Source of the DNA: a virus
Lineage: Duplodnaviria > Caudoviricetes
DNA length: 35,616 nt
Strand: one strand, 5' to 3'
Virus record (IMG/VR): IMGVR_UViG_3300031519_000089
Span: 1 to 35,616 of that record
The stretch's first letter is position 1, and every line of letters begins with the position of its first letter. Both the position numbers and the translations under genes were made by a program. This document shows, piece by piece, positions 24,991 to 33,262 of this stretch. The notes under the pieces were generated by a model. That model did no database searches, was not told the origin of the DNA, and saw only the letters and a program-made list of their open reading frames with translations.

Positions 24991-27500
24991 TAGTTTAATC
25001 TCCTAAATTCAACATCCACCTTGCTGTAATCTACCATGTAGAATCCTGTGTCTGTCATTTGTCTTGCCCATGGAACTTCCTGTGCCATCACGCCCTCGTA
25101 TGTTCCATCAGTATGTTTGTATTTAAACGAATATATGTTGATGCCCGAGGGTGACTTGCCAACTAATTGTATGTCTTCCTTCAATCTGACGTCACTAAAA
25201 AATCCTCCACCTGAGAAGAAACCTGTGACAGCAGATACGGCTTTCGTGGCATATGATCCAACTGATGTCATTAAACTGGAGTATCCCGATGGTCGAAAGG
25301 TGGGACCGTAACCACTGCTTTTGAAGAAGCCTTGAGCTCTATTCACTATACTTGATACCTGTGACATGTTTGTGATGTTGCCTGCCATTACATTCTTGTA
25401 CACGTTTGTGACTGTGCTTATGCTGTCTGTAACTGATCCTAAGTTTCCTATGTTTAGATTTCCTGTTATGCCCTTTACATTTTTCAACACGTCATTTAGA
25501 CCTGTGCCATACACGTTTCCACTTGTCCCAAATTCATCTAAAACGTTTCCTCCGCCACTGCTACCACCTAGTGAGAACAACTCCCCGACATTGTTTACGA
25601 ACACGTTGTCCTTAAACAACTTCACTGCACCGTCTCCGGATATGCTTTCTATTACTTGATTGCTCAGCTGTTTAGTTAAGTTGTTCTTAACACTGTCTAT
25701 TGTGTCGTTGATGTCGAAGTTCTTCAACTTGTTGGATATACTTTCTATCTCTTTGAATTTTCCTTTGGCTTGGTTTATCACATTGAAGGTTTCGTCGTAT
25801 TTTTCTCCATACTCTGTTACGAACTTTCTAGCCTTGGTAGCATTTGTTGAATTTTTCATATATGTTCTAAGTGCAGTTTCTGTGTCTGCCTGGAACTGTC
25901 CAAGCCTGATGCTCTCTACTGTGGAAAGCCTGTTCTGTTGTTCTAGGTATTCCACCGTGCCTGGTGTGCTGGACAGCCTGTACCACTGCTTGGTGTCCAG
26001 ACGATCGCCCAGTGGATCCGAGCTTGGTTGCTGTCCCTCTGATGTGAATCCTCTGAATCTCGGCATTGGTTCGTGTGTAACGAATCTGTGTACTGTGGTC
26101 TTTGTTTTCTTTGTAAAAGATTGTAGTGGTGCTATGCCCTTCTTGGCCAGTTCTACGTCTCCTTCATCACGTGGTGTCATTCCTACCTTGTCCGTGGTTA
26201 GCCATCCTGGCCCCCAAGTCGAACTAGCACTTGTAGAATTAAAGTGTACCTGTGCTCCTGCTAGGTGTATCTGTCCTCCGGCTCCGTGAAGTTGCGTTCC
26301 TCCTGTGAATGAGCTTATACCGTCCCTAGCAAAATCCCTAATAGAACCTGCCTGAGAGCTGTTGAATATTCCCTTGTCTCCGATGTTAAACATAGCTTCT
26401 GCCGATTGTACCATGTCTGTCTCGGCCGCCATCCTTATAGATCCCTTGGCGTGCATGTTTATGTTGGCATCACTGTGTAGATTGAAGTCACCTTGTGTCC
26501 TCATGTTTATTCCACCCACTCCCGAGTAAATGTCTATCTTTCCCTCTGAATTCATTTCTATCCATGCATTACCTGAACCATTGGCTATGTACACAACTCC
26601 TGCTGTGTCGTTCATCAACAATTGGTGTCCCGAAGCTGTCCTTAATCTTGTCAGCTGGTTTGATCCGTCTATTGCACCATCGTCCATTGTAAACGTGTGT
26701 CCTGGAAATCTGTCTACCGATGTTGGTCTTTTGTTTAAACCCACGGGTGGTTTTTTTGAATCTGGTCTTATCCTACCTGGGGTGCTTATACCAAACACCT
26801 GACTGGGAGTTTCTCTCCTAGCAGATGACGTAGTAGTTCCCCTATCCGGGTCTGCTATCAAACCCTGTTTTAACAATTGGTCTGCTAATATATCGTTGAC
26901 TGGGTACTTCCATTGGAATTGACCTAACGTTGTTGAAGATACTTTCTCGTCTGTTATCTGCCTGTTAAGTTCTCCGGCCGGTAAAAAATCTGTGCCATAT
27001 GAATTTTGTTTGGTCTCTCCTCCCAGTTCCGATCCCGAGGCTGGTAGTGATGTATTTGTCGACGAACCATGTCCAGGTATGCTGTTGTTAGTGAATGGAT
27101 CTTGCACACATCCTATCCAAAATGCATTGTCCCTGGTCTGATCGCCCTTGGCGAATATTACTAATACTGTGGTGTCTATGTCAGGTGGTACTGCCCACAT
27201 TCCGTAGGCGTGTTGTGTATCTTTGTAACTGTATGGATCTGTCTTAGAAACTGTGCTTAGGCTCTTGGCACCATAGAACGGTGACAGGTACTGACACCAT
27301 GTCAGCTGATCTGGTATAGGATCCAATGTCCCTGTCAGTGCTGGAATGTTCACTCCTAGTCTTCCCATCCTCATCGGATCGTTTGACAATTTGACTGTCG
27401 CGAGGTACGGACCTGCGTCCTTGCTAAGATACTTCTCATTGAAGTCTTTCTGGTTGTCCTGTGAATCTACGTATCCTCTGTGATCATTATAATCTGCCAT
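24990..27500 (-). CDS. gp5: Baseplate hub spike, T4 gp5/VgrG-like, with long C-terminal extension and peptidase S74-like domain
   Basis: OB-fold DPMRMGRLGVNIP...WCQY...PPDIDTTVLVIF...FWIGC; beta-helix GHTFTMDD...RLRTASGHQLLMND...GNAWIEM...GKIDIYS; THEP motif; C-terminal FSDVRLKEDI...IYSFKY...GVMAQEV...VDYSKV. Confidence 0.85.
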   Translation of the reverse strand: MADYNDHRGYVDSQDNQKDFNEKYLSKDAGPYLATVKLSNDPMRMGRLGVNIPALTGTLDPIPDQLTWCQYLSPFYGAKSLSTVSKTDPYSYKDTQHAYGMWAVPPDIDTTVLVIFAKGDQTRDNAFWIGCVQDPFTNNSIPGHGSSTNTSLPASGSELGGETKQNSYGTDFLPAGELNRQITDEKVSSTTLGQFQWKYPVNDILADQLLKQGLIADPDRGTTTSSARRETPSQVFGISTPGRIRPDSKKPPVGLNKRPTSVDRFPGHTFTMDDGAIDGSNQLTRLRTASGHQLLMNDTAGVVYIANGSGNAWIEMNSEGKIDIYSGVGGINMRTQGDFNLHSDANINMHAKGSIRMAAETDMVQSAEAMFNIGDKGIFNSSQAGSIRDFARDGISSFTGGTQLHGAGGQIHLAGAQVHFNSTSASSTWGPGWLTTDKVGMTPRDEGDVELAKKGIAPLQSFTKKTKTTVHRFVTHEPMPRFRGFTSEGQQPSSDPLGDRLDTKQWYRLSSTPGTVEYLEQQNRLSTVESIRLGQFQADTETALRTYMKNSTNATKARKFVTEYGEKYDETFNVINQAKGKFKEIESISNKLKNFDINDTIDSVKNNLTKQLSNQVIESISGDGAVKLFKDNVFVNNVGELFSLGGSSGGGNVLDEFGTSGNVYGTGLNDVLKNVKGITGNLNIGNLGSVTDSISTVTNVYKNVMAGNITNMSQVSSIVNRAQGFFKSSGYGPTFRPSGYSSLMTSVGSYATKAVSAVTGFFSGGGFFSDVRLKEDIQLVGKSPSGINIYSFKYKHTDGTYEGVMAQEVPWARQMTDTGFYMVDYSKVDVEFRRLN

Positions 27501-27519
27501 ACTTTAATTTATCCTTGTG

Positions 27520-29811
27520 TTATGCCGAGTCGTCGTTAAAAGCACCTGTATTGTACCCCTTTTTACTGGTACGTTTTTTTGTATCAGGGAGACTAATGTT
27601 TGCCGCTTTAACCAACGTTGGTGGTGCTCCTTCTCCACTCTGGTTGTTCATCCTTACACAGTGGAGTGTTTGTGTGAAGGCTCCGTTTTCAAAACGGTTG
27701 TCTATTTTGTACACCTGATATACACCACTGAAGAACAGATTTTCATCCATTGTTTTTGCTTCTCTGCTAAACATCTCTCCTTTTTTCTCATTTATGTCTG
27801 CCGGGAGACGATATTTTAAATTGATTATCGGTTGGTACCTGTCAGCATTGAAACTCTGGAACTGTTCACTAAACTCCTCTCTGTCTATGGTTGATTGTTG
27901 GACTCCTCCTGCTATTGCTTTTGACTCTGAATCAAGCACTGGCACAAACGTGTCCTGACATATGTAGGCTGGATCTCCCAGTATGTCTATCTGTATGTTC
28001 ATCATGTCCGCTGTAGGATTTGTAAGATAATCAAAGAAAGCCTGGCTAACTGCTTTGCCTTTTCTTTCGTTTTTGTCCTCCGCTGTGGATCTGCCTTTGA
28101 TTATCGAAGGATATGTTCTCAACGGCAGGTTAATTTCAGGCTGTTCTTCTCGACCAAGTACAAAATTAGTGAATGTACCAATGGCATCCTTAGCACCTTC
28201 CATGGTAATGCTGTCTTTATCTTCACGCACTGCTCTCATGTAGTAGGCAGATTTATAACTGAGCCTCAATGACTGTATGTCTTGGTTTTCTCCTGTGTAG
28301 AGATAATTGTAACTCTTCCTAACAAACTCATCCCAGTTCACTTTACCTATGCTTAGGCCCGGTTGCAGAAGTTTCAATATGTGTACCTTGTAGGGTTCGA
28401 CCCTGTAATGAATTTCCTTGGGGTGCATCTTTGTAATATTGTCTAACTTCTTGTTCAAAGTCTTTACTGTTGATTTGATCCTGAACCATGGTACATACTG
28501 GTTTTCCTTGAAGACCGTATACAGTTCTTTTTGTCTTTTCTTGTCTGTCAATATTTTAGCAATTTTTTTGTTGTTGTAAAGACGATTTCCGTTGAAATCA
28601 AATCCACCGTCGTCCTCTTTGAAATCTGTTACCACATTTGTCATTGTGAGATATGTCTTCCAGAAGTCTGATGCTAGATCACTGAATGGTGGTATCGACC
28701 TCATGTAGTCCGATAACGCTTCAGGTATACTAGTACCTTTGGGTATGTTTCCCCCTGGTCCTGCAGTGTCTCCGCCAGCAATAAAACCATAGCCGCCGAT
28801 AGTTGCCAGATCTTGTTCTTCAGGGAACTCCGTTTCGTCTAGCTGTTTTATAGATTTACTGGCGTGTACACCAGGTTTAGAAACATATGTGCTGATCTTT
28901 TTTGTTATGTCTGGATGTACGGTGAACTTATATTCATCTGCGTATTGCCTTTTACCGTCCTGTATCTCTTCTTCCATGTCTTTCTTTATGGCGGCCTTCA
29001 CTGTTGTGGCCCACTGGCTAGGAGTACTGGCTTTGTACTCTAGCTTTGTCCTGGACATCTTGTACCTGTCGTCATATGCCATCTCGTTGATAGGCACCGC
29101 AATTATGTCGTACACTGCTCCTCCTTCATTGACCTCGAACTCGACCCTAACAATAAGTATTGGAATTTTTCTTACCAAGGCACCACTGTTAATAAGATTG
29201 GTTGGCATCTTGCCGTGTTCGTCTGTGCCTTTGAACTCTATCGTCAGCAAAAAAGGTGCGTCCTGGTAGTCCAGGAACCCGTTCATGTATGCGGCTCCCC
29301 TGACCTTCTCCGTAAAAGTTATCGAATAGGGCTCGTGTATCTTGAAATCTAATTTGGTGACATTGGCTAGATTCCTCTGTGTGTTCGGACCTACCGTTGA
29401 CATTATGTTTACGTCCTCTATGAATAAGTCGTGATTACGTGCCAGTATGCCAGCACTCTCCCCGTACTTGCCTCCCTTGGCATTGTATTCGAATTTCTGT
29501 AAAATTTGATCTACCCGCCTAGGATTGAATGTATAGCCTCTCTCTGCTTCCAGTCTTCTTTCGATCACTCCTTGCTGTACCTCTGCCGCTGTTGAGTTTA
29601 ATATTGTGTTTGTGCTTGCCTCTCCTATACCGGCACTCCTTGCTATCACGTGATGTGGGGTGTTGTACAAGAACGTCTGATTATCCAGCTCGTCTTGGGT
29701 AAGTCCCGACAGCGTGAACAGTGAATTGTACGTGGCAAATCCGTGTAATGGATTCTCTGTGTGTTGTGGATATTTGCTTGTCTTGAACGGATCTAAGGGT
29801 TTGGCAACCAT
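27520..29811 (-). CDS. Baseplate hub protein (gp27/gpD-like)
   Basis: 763 aa. NPLHGFATYNSLFTLS N-terminus, IDILGDP, and C-terminal FSGVYQVYKIDNRFENGAFTQTL typical of hub proteins; lies between gp53-like and gp5-like genes. Confidence 0.65.
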   Translation of the reverse strand: MVAKPLDPFKTSKYPQHTENPLHGFATYNSLFTLSGLTQDELDNQTFLYNTPHHVIARSAGIGEASTNTILNSTAAEVQQGVIERRLEAERGYTFNPRRVDQILQKFEYNAKGGKYGESAGILARNHDLFIEDVNIMSTVGPNTQRNLANVTKLDFKIHEPYSITFTEKVRGAAYMNGFLDYQDAPFLLTIEFKGTDEHGKMPTNLINSGALVRKIPILIVRVEFEVNEGGAVYDIIAVPINEMAYDDRYKMSRTKLEYKASTPSQWATTVKAAIKKDMEEEIQDGKRQYADEYKFTVHPDITKKISTYVSKPGVHASKSIKQLDETEFPEEQDLATIGGYGFIAGGDTAGPGGNIPKGTSIPEALSDYMRSIPPFSDLASDFWKTYLTMTNVVTDFKEDDGGFDFNGNRLYNNKKIAKILTDKKRQKELYTVFKENQYVPWFRIKSTVKTLNKKLDNITKMHPKEIHYRVEPYKVHILKLLQPGLSIGKVNWDEFVRKSYNYLYTGENQDIQSLRLSYKSAYYMRAVREDKDSITMEGAKDAIGTFTNFVLGREEQPEINLPLRTYPSIIKGRSTAEDKNERKGKAVSQAFFDYLTNPTADMMNIQIDILGDPAYICQDTFVPVLDSESKAIAGGVQQSTIDREEFSEQFQSFNADRYQPIINLKYRLPADINEKKGEMFSREAKTMDENLFFSGVYQVYKIDNRFENGAFTQTLHCVRMNNQSGEGAPPTLVKAANISLPDTKKRTSKKGYNTGAFNDDSA

Positions 29812-29812
29812 G

Positions 29813-30112
29813 TTATACTCCTAGGTCGCTAGAGATGTTTGTTGACTTAGGCAACCTTATCGTGACTCCTGGTTTAAAATCATATATAGGATCTTCTATC
29901 TGGTCTGGATTACGTTGTGCGAACACCCACCAAAGTCTCGGTGAGCCGTACAAGTCATAAGCCAATAGGTCCGGCCTGTATGCGTATGTTCTCTCTATCG
30001 TGTAAGTTCGATCGTCGTCCTCTGCTGTCAATGTCCTAGGTGTCAGTATTTCGAGATACTCATCATTCATTAGAGTATTGAAATAAGGAGATGTGTTGGA
30101 ATACTTTGTCAT
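29813..30112 (-). CDS. gp53: Baseplate wedge subunit, gp53-like (LysM-like)
   Basis: RPDLLAYDLYGSPRLWWVFAQRN...DP...G..I.LP is the gp53/LysM-type signature. Confidence 0.85.
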   Translation of the reverse strand: MTKYSNTSPYFNTLMNDEYLEILTPRTLTAEDDDRTYTIERTYAYRPDLLAYDLYGSPRLWWVFAQRNPDQIEDPIYDFKPGVTIRLPKSTNISSDLGV

Positions 30113-30957
30113 TAAATGAATCCTATGTTGCCATCGCCGTTGCCGTTAAGTTTGCCTTCTGCAAAATCTCTCAGTGAGAAAGACTTGATACTTTCTCTAC
30201 TGTAAATAGGTGTCACTAAGACTGATATGGTTGAAAGAGATGGTGCCCATGTTTGATCTTGAGAATTTGGATTAAATGTACCTGGATCGAAATCGTGTAA
30301 TGGTGTAGAGCCCGGTGCTTGTCTTTGGAAAACAGCGTCCTGCTTTGTTGATATGTAATCTATCCCTGATCTTAATTCTACGTTGAACGAATTCAACACT
30401 ACCGGAACTTTCTCAAACATGTTTTTTCCGTATCCTGATAAGTGCAAGATCGGTGGTGGATTGCCTTTAAAATTTTGTTCTTTACCAAAAAACATCTTTG
30501 TCATTGTTCTTAGGAAATTAACTGTTGCCACCCAGTAGGCCGCGTCATCCTGATTCTGTACAGGAAACTCTCCAATGATGTTAAAAGAATCTACCTGTGA
30601 ATTCTTGTATGCCTGGAACGGATAGTTGCTATGTGTTTGGGATAATGCATTGTAGTTGGCCATGTGCTGTATCACTATGGAAGGTGTCAACGGCCAAAAG
30701 AATCCACCCAGATCGTTCAGGGGAGCCAATCTCGATTGGTTGTTCCCAAAAAATTCATTGTACATATCAGAACCGCTAGGTAGTTGTAATCTCACACGCC
30801 AATCTTGATTGTCAGCTCTGCCTGACCATTTGGCTGTTGCGTTAATCAGCCTGCTATCTGTGTCTAGTCCTGCACCTCTCAAACGCTGAAGGGTTTTGTT
30901 GAAGCCACCCATTACCACGTTTTTGACCACTGATCCTAGTGTTGGTTTGTTTGCCAT
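30112..30957 (-). CDS. Tail tube initiator/baseplate cap-like protein (gp48/gp54-like)
   Basis: 281 aa with WPLTPSI...ANY...THSNYP...GEFPVQ...FLRTMTKMFFG...PPPILHLSGYG...VPVVLNSFNVEL. Tube-fold-like, and first gene of the baseplate operon. Confidence 0.55.
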   Translation of the reverse strand: MANKPTLGSVVKNVVMGGFNKTLQRLRGAGLDTDSRLINATAKWSGRADNQDWRVRLQLPSGSDMYNEFFGNNQSRLAPLNDLGGFFWPLTPSIVIQHMANYNALSQTHSNYPFQAYKNSQVDSFNIIGEFPVQNQDDAAYWVATVNFLRTMTKMFFGKEQNFKGNPPPILHLSGYGKNMFEKVPVVLNSFNVELRSGIDYISTKQDAVFQRQAPGSTPLHDFDPGTFNPNSQDQTWAPSLSTISVLVTPIYSRESIKSFSLRDFAEGKLNGNGDGNIGFI

Positions 30958-30965
30958 TTTTTAGG

Positions 30966-30994
30966 TTGTTTTTCCTTGTTAAATTCTGTATACT
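30966..30994 (+). promoter_or_regulatory. Putative sigma70-type promoter for the gp55-gp47-gp46 block
   Basis: TTGTTT (30966-30971), 17-nt spacer, TATACT (30989-30994) in the divergent intergenic region. Confidence 0.45.
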
Positions 30995-31001
30995 TAAACT
31001 A

Positions 31002-31009
31002 TATTTATA
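31002..31009 (-). promoter_or_regulatory. T4-type late promoter TATAAATA for the baseplate operon
   Basis: Perfect consensus 44 nt upstream of the ATG at 30957, with an AAGGA Shine-Dalgarno-like sequence in between. Confidence 0.75.
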
Positions 31010-31101
31010 GGCATTATTCTAGGCGCATTTAATTACACTTACGGCACTATTCAACAGACCTGTTTGTGGTCACTTTTACACACTAACATATTGGAGATAC
31101 A

Positions 31102-32088
31102 ATGAAAAGAGTAAAGTACCTAAACAACAGAGATCTATTGGCACAAATACATGCCAGCAAGAACACGTATTGTTCTTATTTGACTCCCGAGGACGCTCGA
31201 TATGATGTTATTGTGCCAAACCTGAAGAAGATCAATGCTAATGCAGTTGCACAAGCAAGAAAAAACAAGTCCAAGAGGCTAACACAGGAAGCGTGGCAAC
31301 TGGCCAAGGACAGTGGAAATAAAAAGATAAAATTATCTGACTACACCGTCAGCACAAGAAAAATAGCAAAGACAGATTTAATTTTTAGGGTCATGATGTT
31401 CGATCACATACCCTTAGACGATTTAAGGAAGAAAAATCCCAAACAAACAGCGGATCATCACAGCAAGGTAAATTTCCCTCCTTTCCAACACTATAAATTT
31501 GATGAGAAAAATAAACTTATTTGTGTGGGTAAATCACACTGGGTAGGCGGAATGGAGAATGGACACTTTTCATGTGATCACGGTAAGATAACAAATTCAC
31601 TTGCAATGATGTTCATGAAACTCTGTGAACGTTACGGGACAAGGGCAAACTGGAGAGGCTACACTTACAACGATGAGATGCAGTCGCAGGCGCTGATGCA
31701 ACTGTCACAGATTGGTTTGCAATTTGATGAATCGAAATCGGAGAATCCGTTTGCATATTACACCGCGGCGATAACAAACAGTTTCACAAGAATATTGAAT
31801 ATCGAAAAGAAGAATCAAAATATTAGAGACGACTTGTTAGAGTACAACAACATGATGCCCAGTTACACAAGACAGAATGAAAATACTACATCAACTCCGC
31901 AGTACAAGAAAAGAATGGAAACTGTACATGGAGACGTGCACCAAGTTAATAAATCCGGTCTTGCGAAACTGAATAAGATATTAAAGAAAAAAGGCAAGAT
32001 TGATATGAAAGACGACTTGGATACAGTCAAATTCAAAAACAAGATCGATATGACTAATCATAAACCAACAGTTAAAAAGAAATGGTAA
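31102..32088 (+). CDS. gp55: Late-transcription sigma factor, T4 gp55-like
   Basis: YLNNRDLL N-terminus, NWRGYTYNDEM and FDESKSENPFAYYTAAITNSF.R.L..EKK; upstream of gp47/gp46 as in T4; GGAG Shine-Dalgarno. Confidence 0.8.
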   Translation: MKRVKYLNNRDLLAQIHASKNTYCSYLTPEDARYDVIVPNLKKINANAVAQARKNKSKRLTQEAWQLAKDSGNKKIKLSDYTVSTRKIAKTDLIFRVMMFDHIPLDDLRKKNPKQTADHHSKVNFPPFQHYKFDEKNKLICVGKSHWVGGMENGHFSCDHGKITNSLAMMFMKLCERYGTRANWRGYTYNDEMQSQALMQLSQIGLQFDESKSENPFAYYTAAITNSFTRILNIEKKNQNIRDDLLEYNNMMPSYTRQNENTTSTPQYKKRMETVHGDVHQVNKSGLAKLNKILKKKGKIDMKDDLDTVKFKNKIDMTNHKPTVKKKW

Positions 32089-32091
32089 CAA

Positions 32092-33114
32092 ATGGCACTA
32101 TTTAAAAAAGTAGCTTGTTTCACGGACATACATTTTGGAATGAAGGGAAATTCCAGAGTACACAATGACGACTGTGAAGCATTTATAAAGTGGTTCATAG
32201 AACAATCCAAAGCACAAGGATGTGAGACTTGTATATTTCTAGGTGACTGGCATCATCATAGATCAGCAACAAACGTTTCCACAATGAACTACACAGTATC
32301 TAATATGGAGCGGCTGGCCGCGGCATTTGAGAAAGTGTATGTTATTATGGGTAACCATGATTTATATTACAGAGAAAAAAGAGAAATTAATTCCATGGAA
32401 TTTATTAGGAACATACCAAACATAGTTCTTGTTAATCAATGGATCGAGGACGAAGACACAGCAATTATTCCGTGGATTGTAGAAGACGAATGGAAGAAAA
32501 TTGCAAAGATGAAAAAGAAATATGTTTTTGGACATTTTGAACTGCCATACTTTAAAATGAACGCTATGGTCGAGATGCCCGACGTTGGTGGAATACAAAC
32601 TGATCATTTCGCAGGTTGTGAAAAGGTTTGGTCAGGACACTTCCACAAGAGACAAGTAATGAAGAATGTGACTTACATGGGTAATGCGTTTCCCCACAAT
32701 TACGCAGATGCATGGGATGACGAAAGAGGAATGATGGTTATAGAGTGGGGTAGTGAGCCCAAGTATATAAATTGGCCAGATATGCCAAGATATAGAACAA
32801 TAAAGATATCACAGTTACTAGAGGATCCAGACAAACACTTACTACCTAAAATGTATGTAAGGGTTACACTAGACATTAAAATTTCATACGAAGAAGCGAA
32901 TTTTGTAAGAGAAACATTCATAGACAAATACAGTTTGAGAGAACTACAACTGATACCAGAACAAGTGGACAATGCACAACAACCAACCGTTGAGGTGCAG
33001 AAGTTCGACAGCGTGGATCAGATTGTTATCTCACAACTGCAAGGTGTTGATTCAGAAACTTATGACAAGAACATACTGACTGCAATTTATAGGGATCTGG
33101 ATGTCAAGAATTAG
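32092..33114 (+). CDS. gp47: Recombination endonuclease subunit, gp47 (Mre11/SbcD-like)
   Basis: Metallophosphoesterase motifs DIHFG, GDWHH, GNHD, GHFE, SGHFH. Confidence 0.93.
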   Translation: MALFKKVACFTDIHFGMKGNSRVHNDDCEAFIKWFIEQSKAQGCETCIFLGDWHHHRSATNVSTMNYTVSNMERLAAAFEKVYVIMGNHDLYYREKREINSMEFIRNIPNIVLVNQWIEDEDTAIIPWIVEDEWKKIAKMKKKYVFGHFELPYFKMNAMVEMPDVGGIQTDHFAGCEKVWSGHFHKRQVMKNVTYMGNAFPHNYADAWDDERGMMVIEWGSEPKYINWPDMPRYRTIKISQLLEDPDKHLLPKMYVRVTLDIKISYEEANFVRETFIDKYSLRELQLIPEQVDNAQQPTVEVQKFDSVDQIVISQLQGVDSETYDKNILTAIYRDLDVKN

Positions 33115-33262
33115 TAAAAAGAAATTTTGGAATATTTTAAAGAAGGGTCCTGCTAAGACTTGGAATACAAACATATCGGATAAAGATACTCCTCAAAGTA
33201 TATGGATCTCCGGTTACAAGAGATGGCGTAAATTAATGGAAAAAGTAAATGCTAACAATTAA
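33101..33262 (+). CDS. Hypothetical 53-aa basic, Trp-rich protein (absent from the ORF track)
   Basis: MSRISKKKFWNILKKGPAKTWNTNISDKDTPQSIWISGYKRWRKLMEKVNANN*. Overlaps the gp47 end and the gp46 start by 14 nt each and fills the gap between them. Confidence 0.6.
   Translation: MSRISKKKFWNILKKGPAKTWNTNISDKDTPQSIWISGYKRWRKLMEKVNANN

Noticed and set aside
228-30779. Many plus-strand ORFs of 60-236 aa (e.g. 3919..4275, 4782..5444, 6277..6987, 22350..22958, 25660..26289)
   Set aside because: They lie antisense to long, motif-supported minus-strand genes. Their Pro/Val/Ser-rich translations are the expected mirror of Gly/Thr/Asp codons, and they show no recognisable motifs.
21047-30957. Bacterial contractile injection system (T6SS/eCIS/tailocin) rather than a phage
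   Set aside because: The adjacent gp55-gp47-gp46 block and T4-type late promoters indicate a T4-like phage genome.
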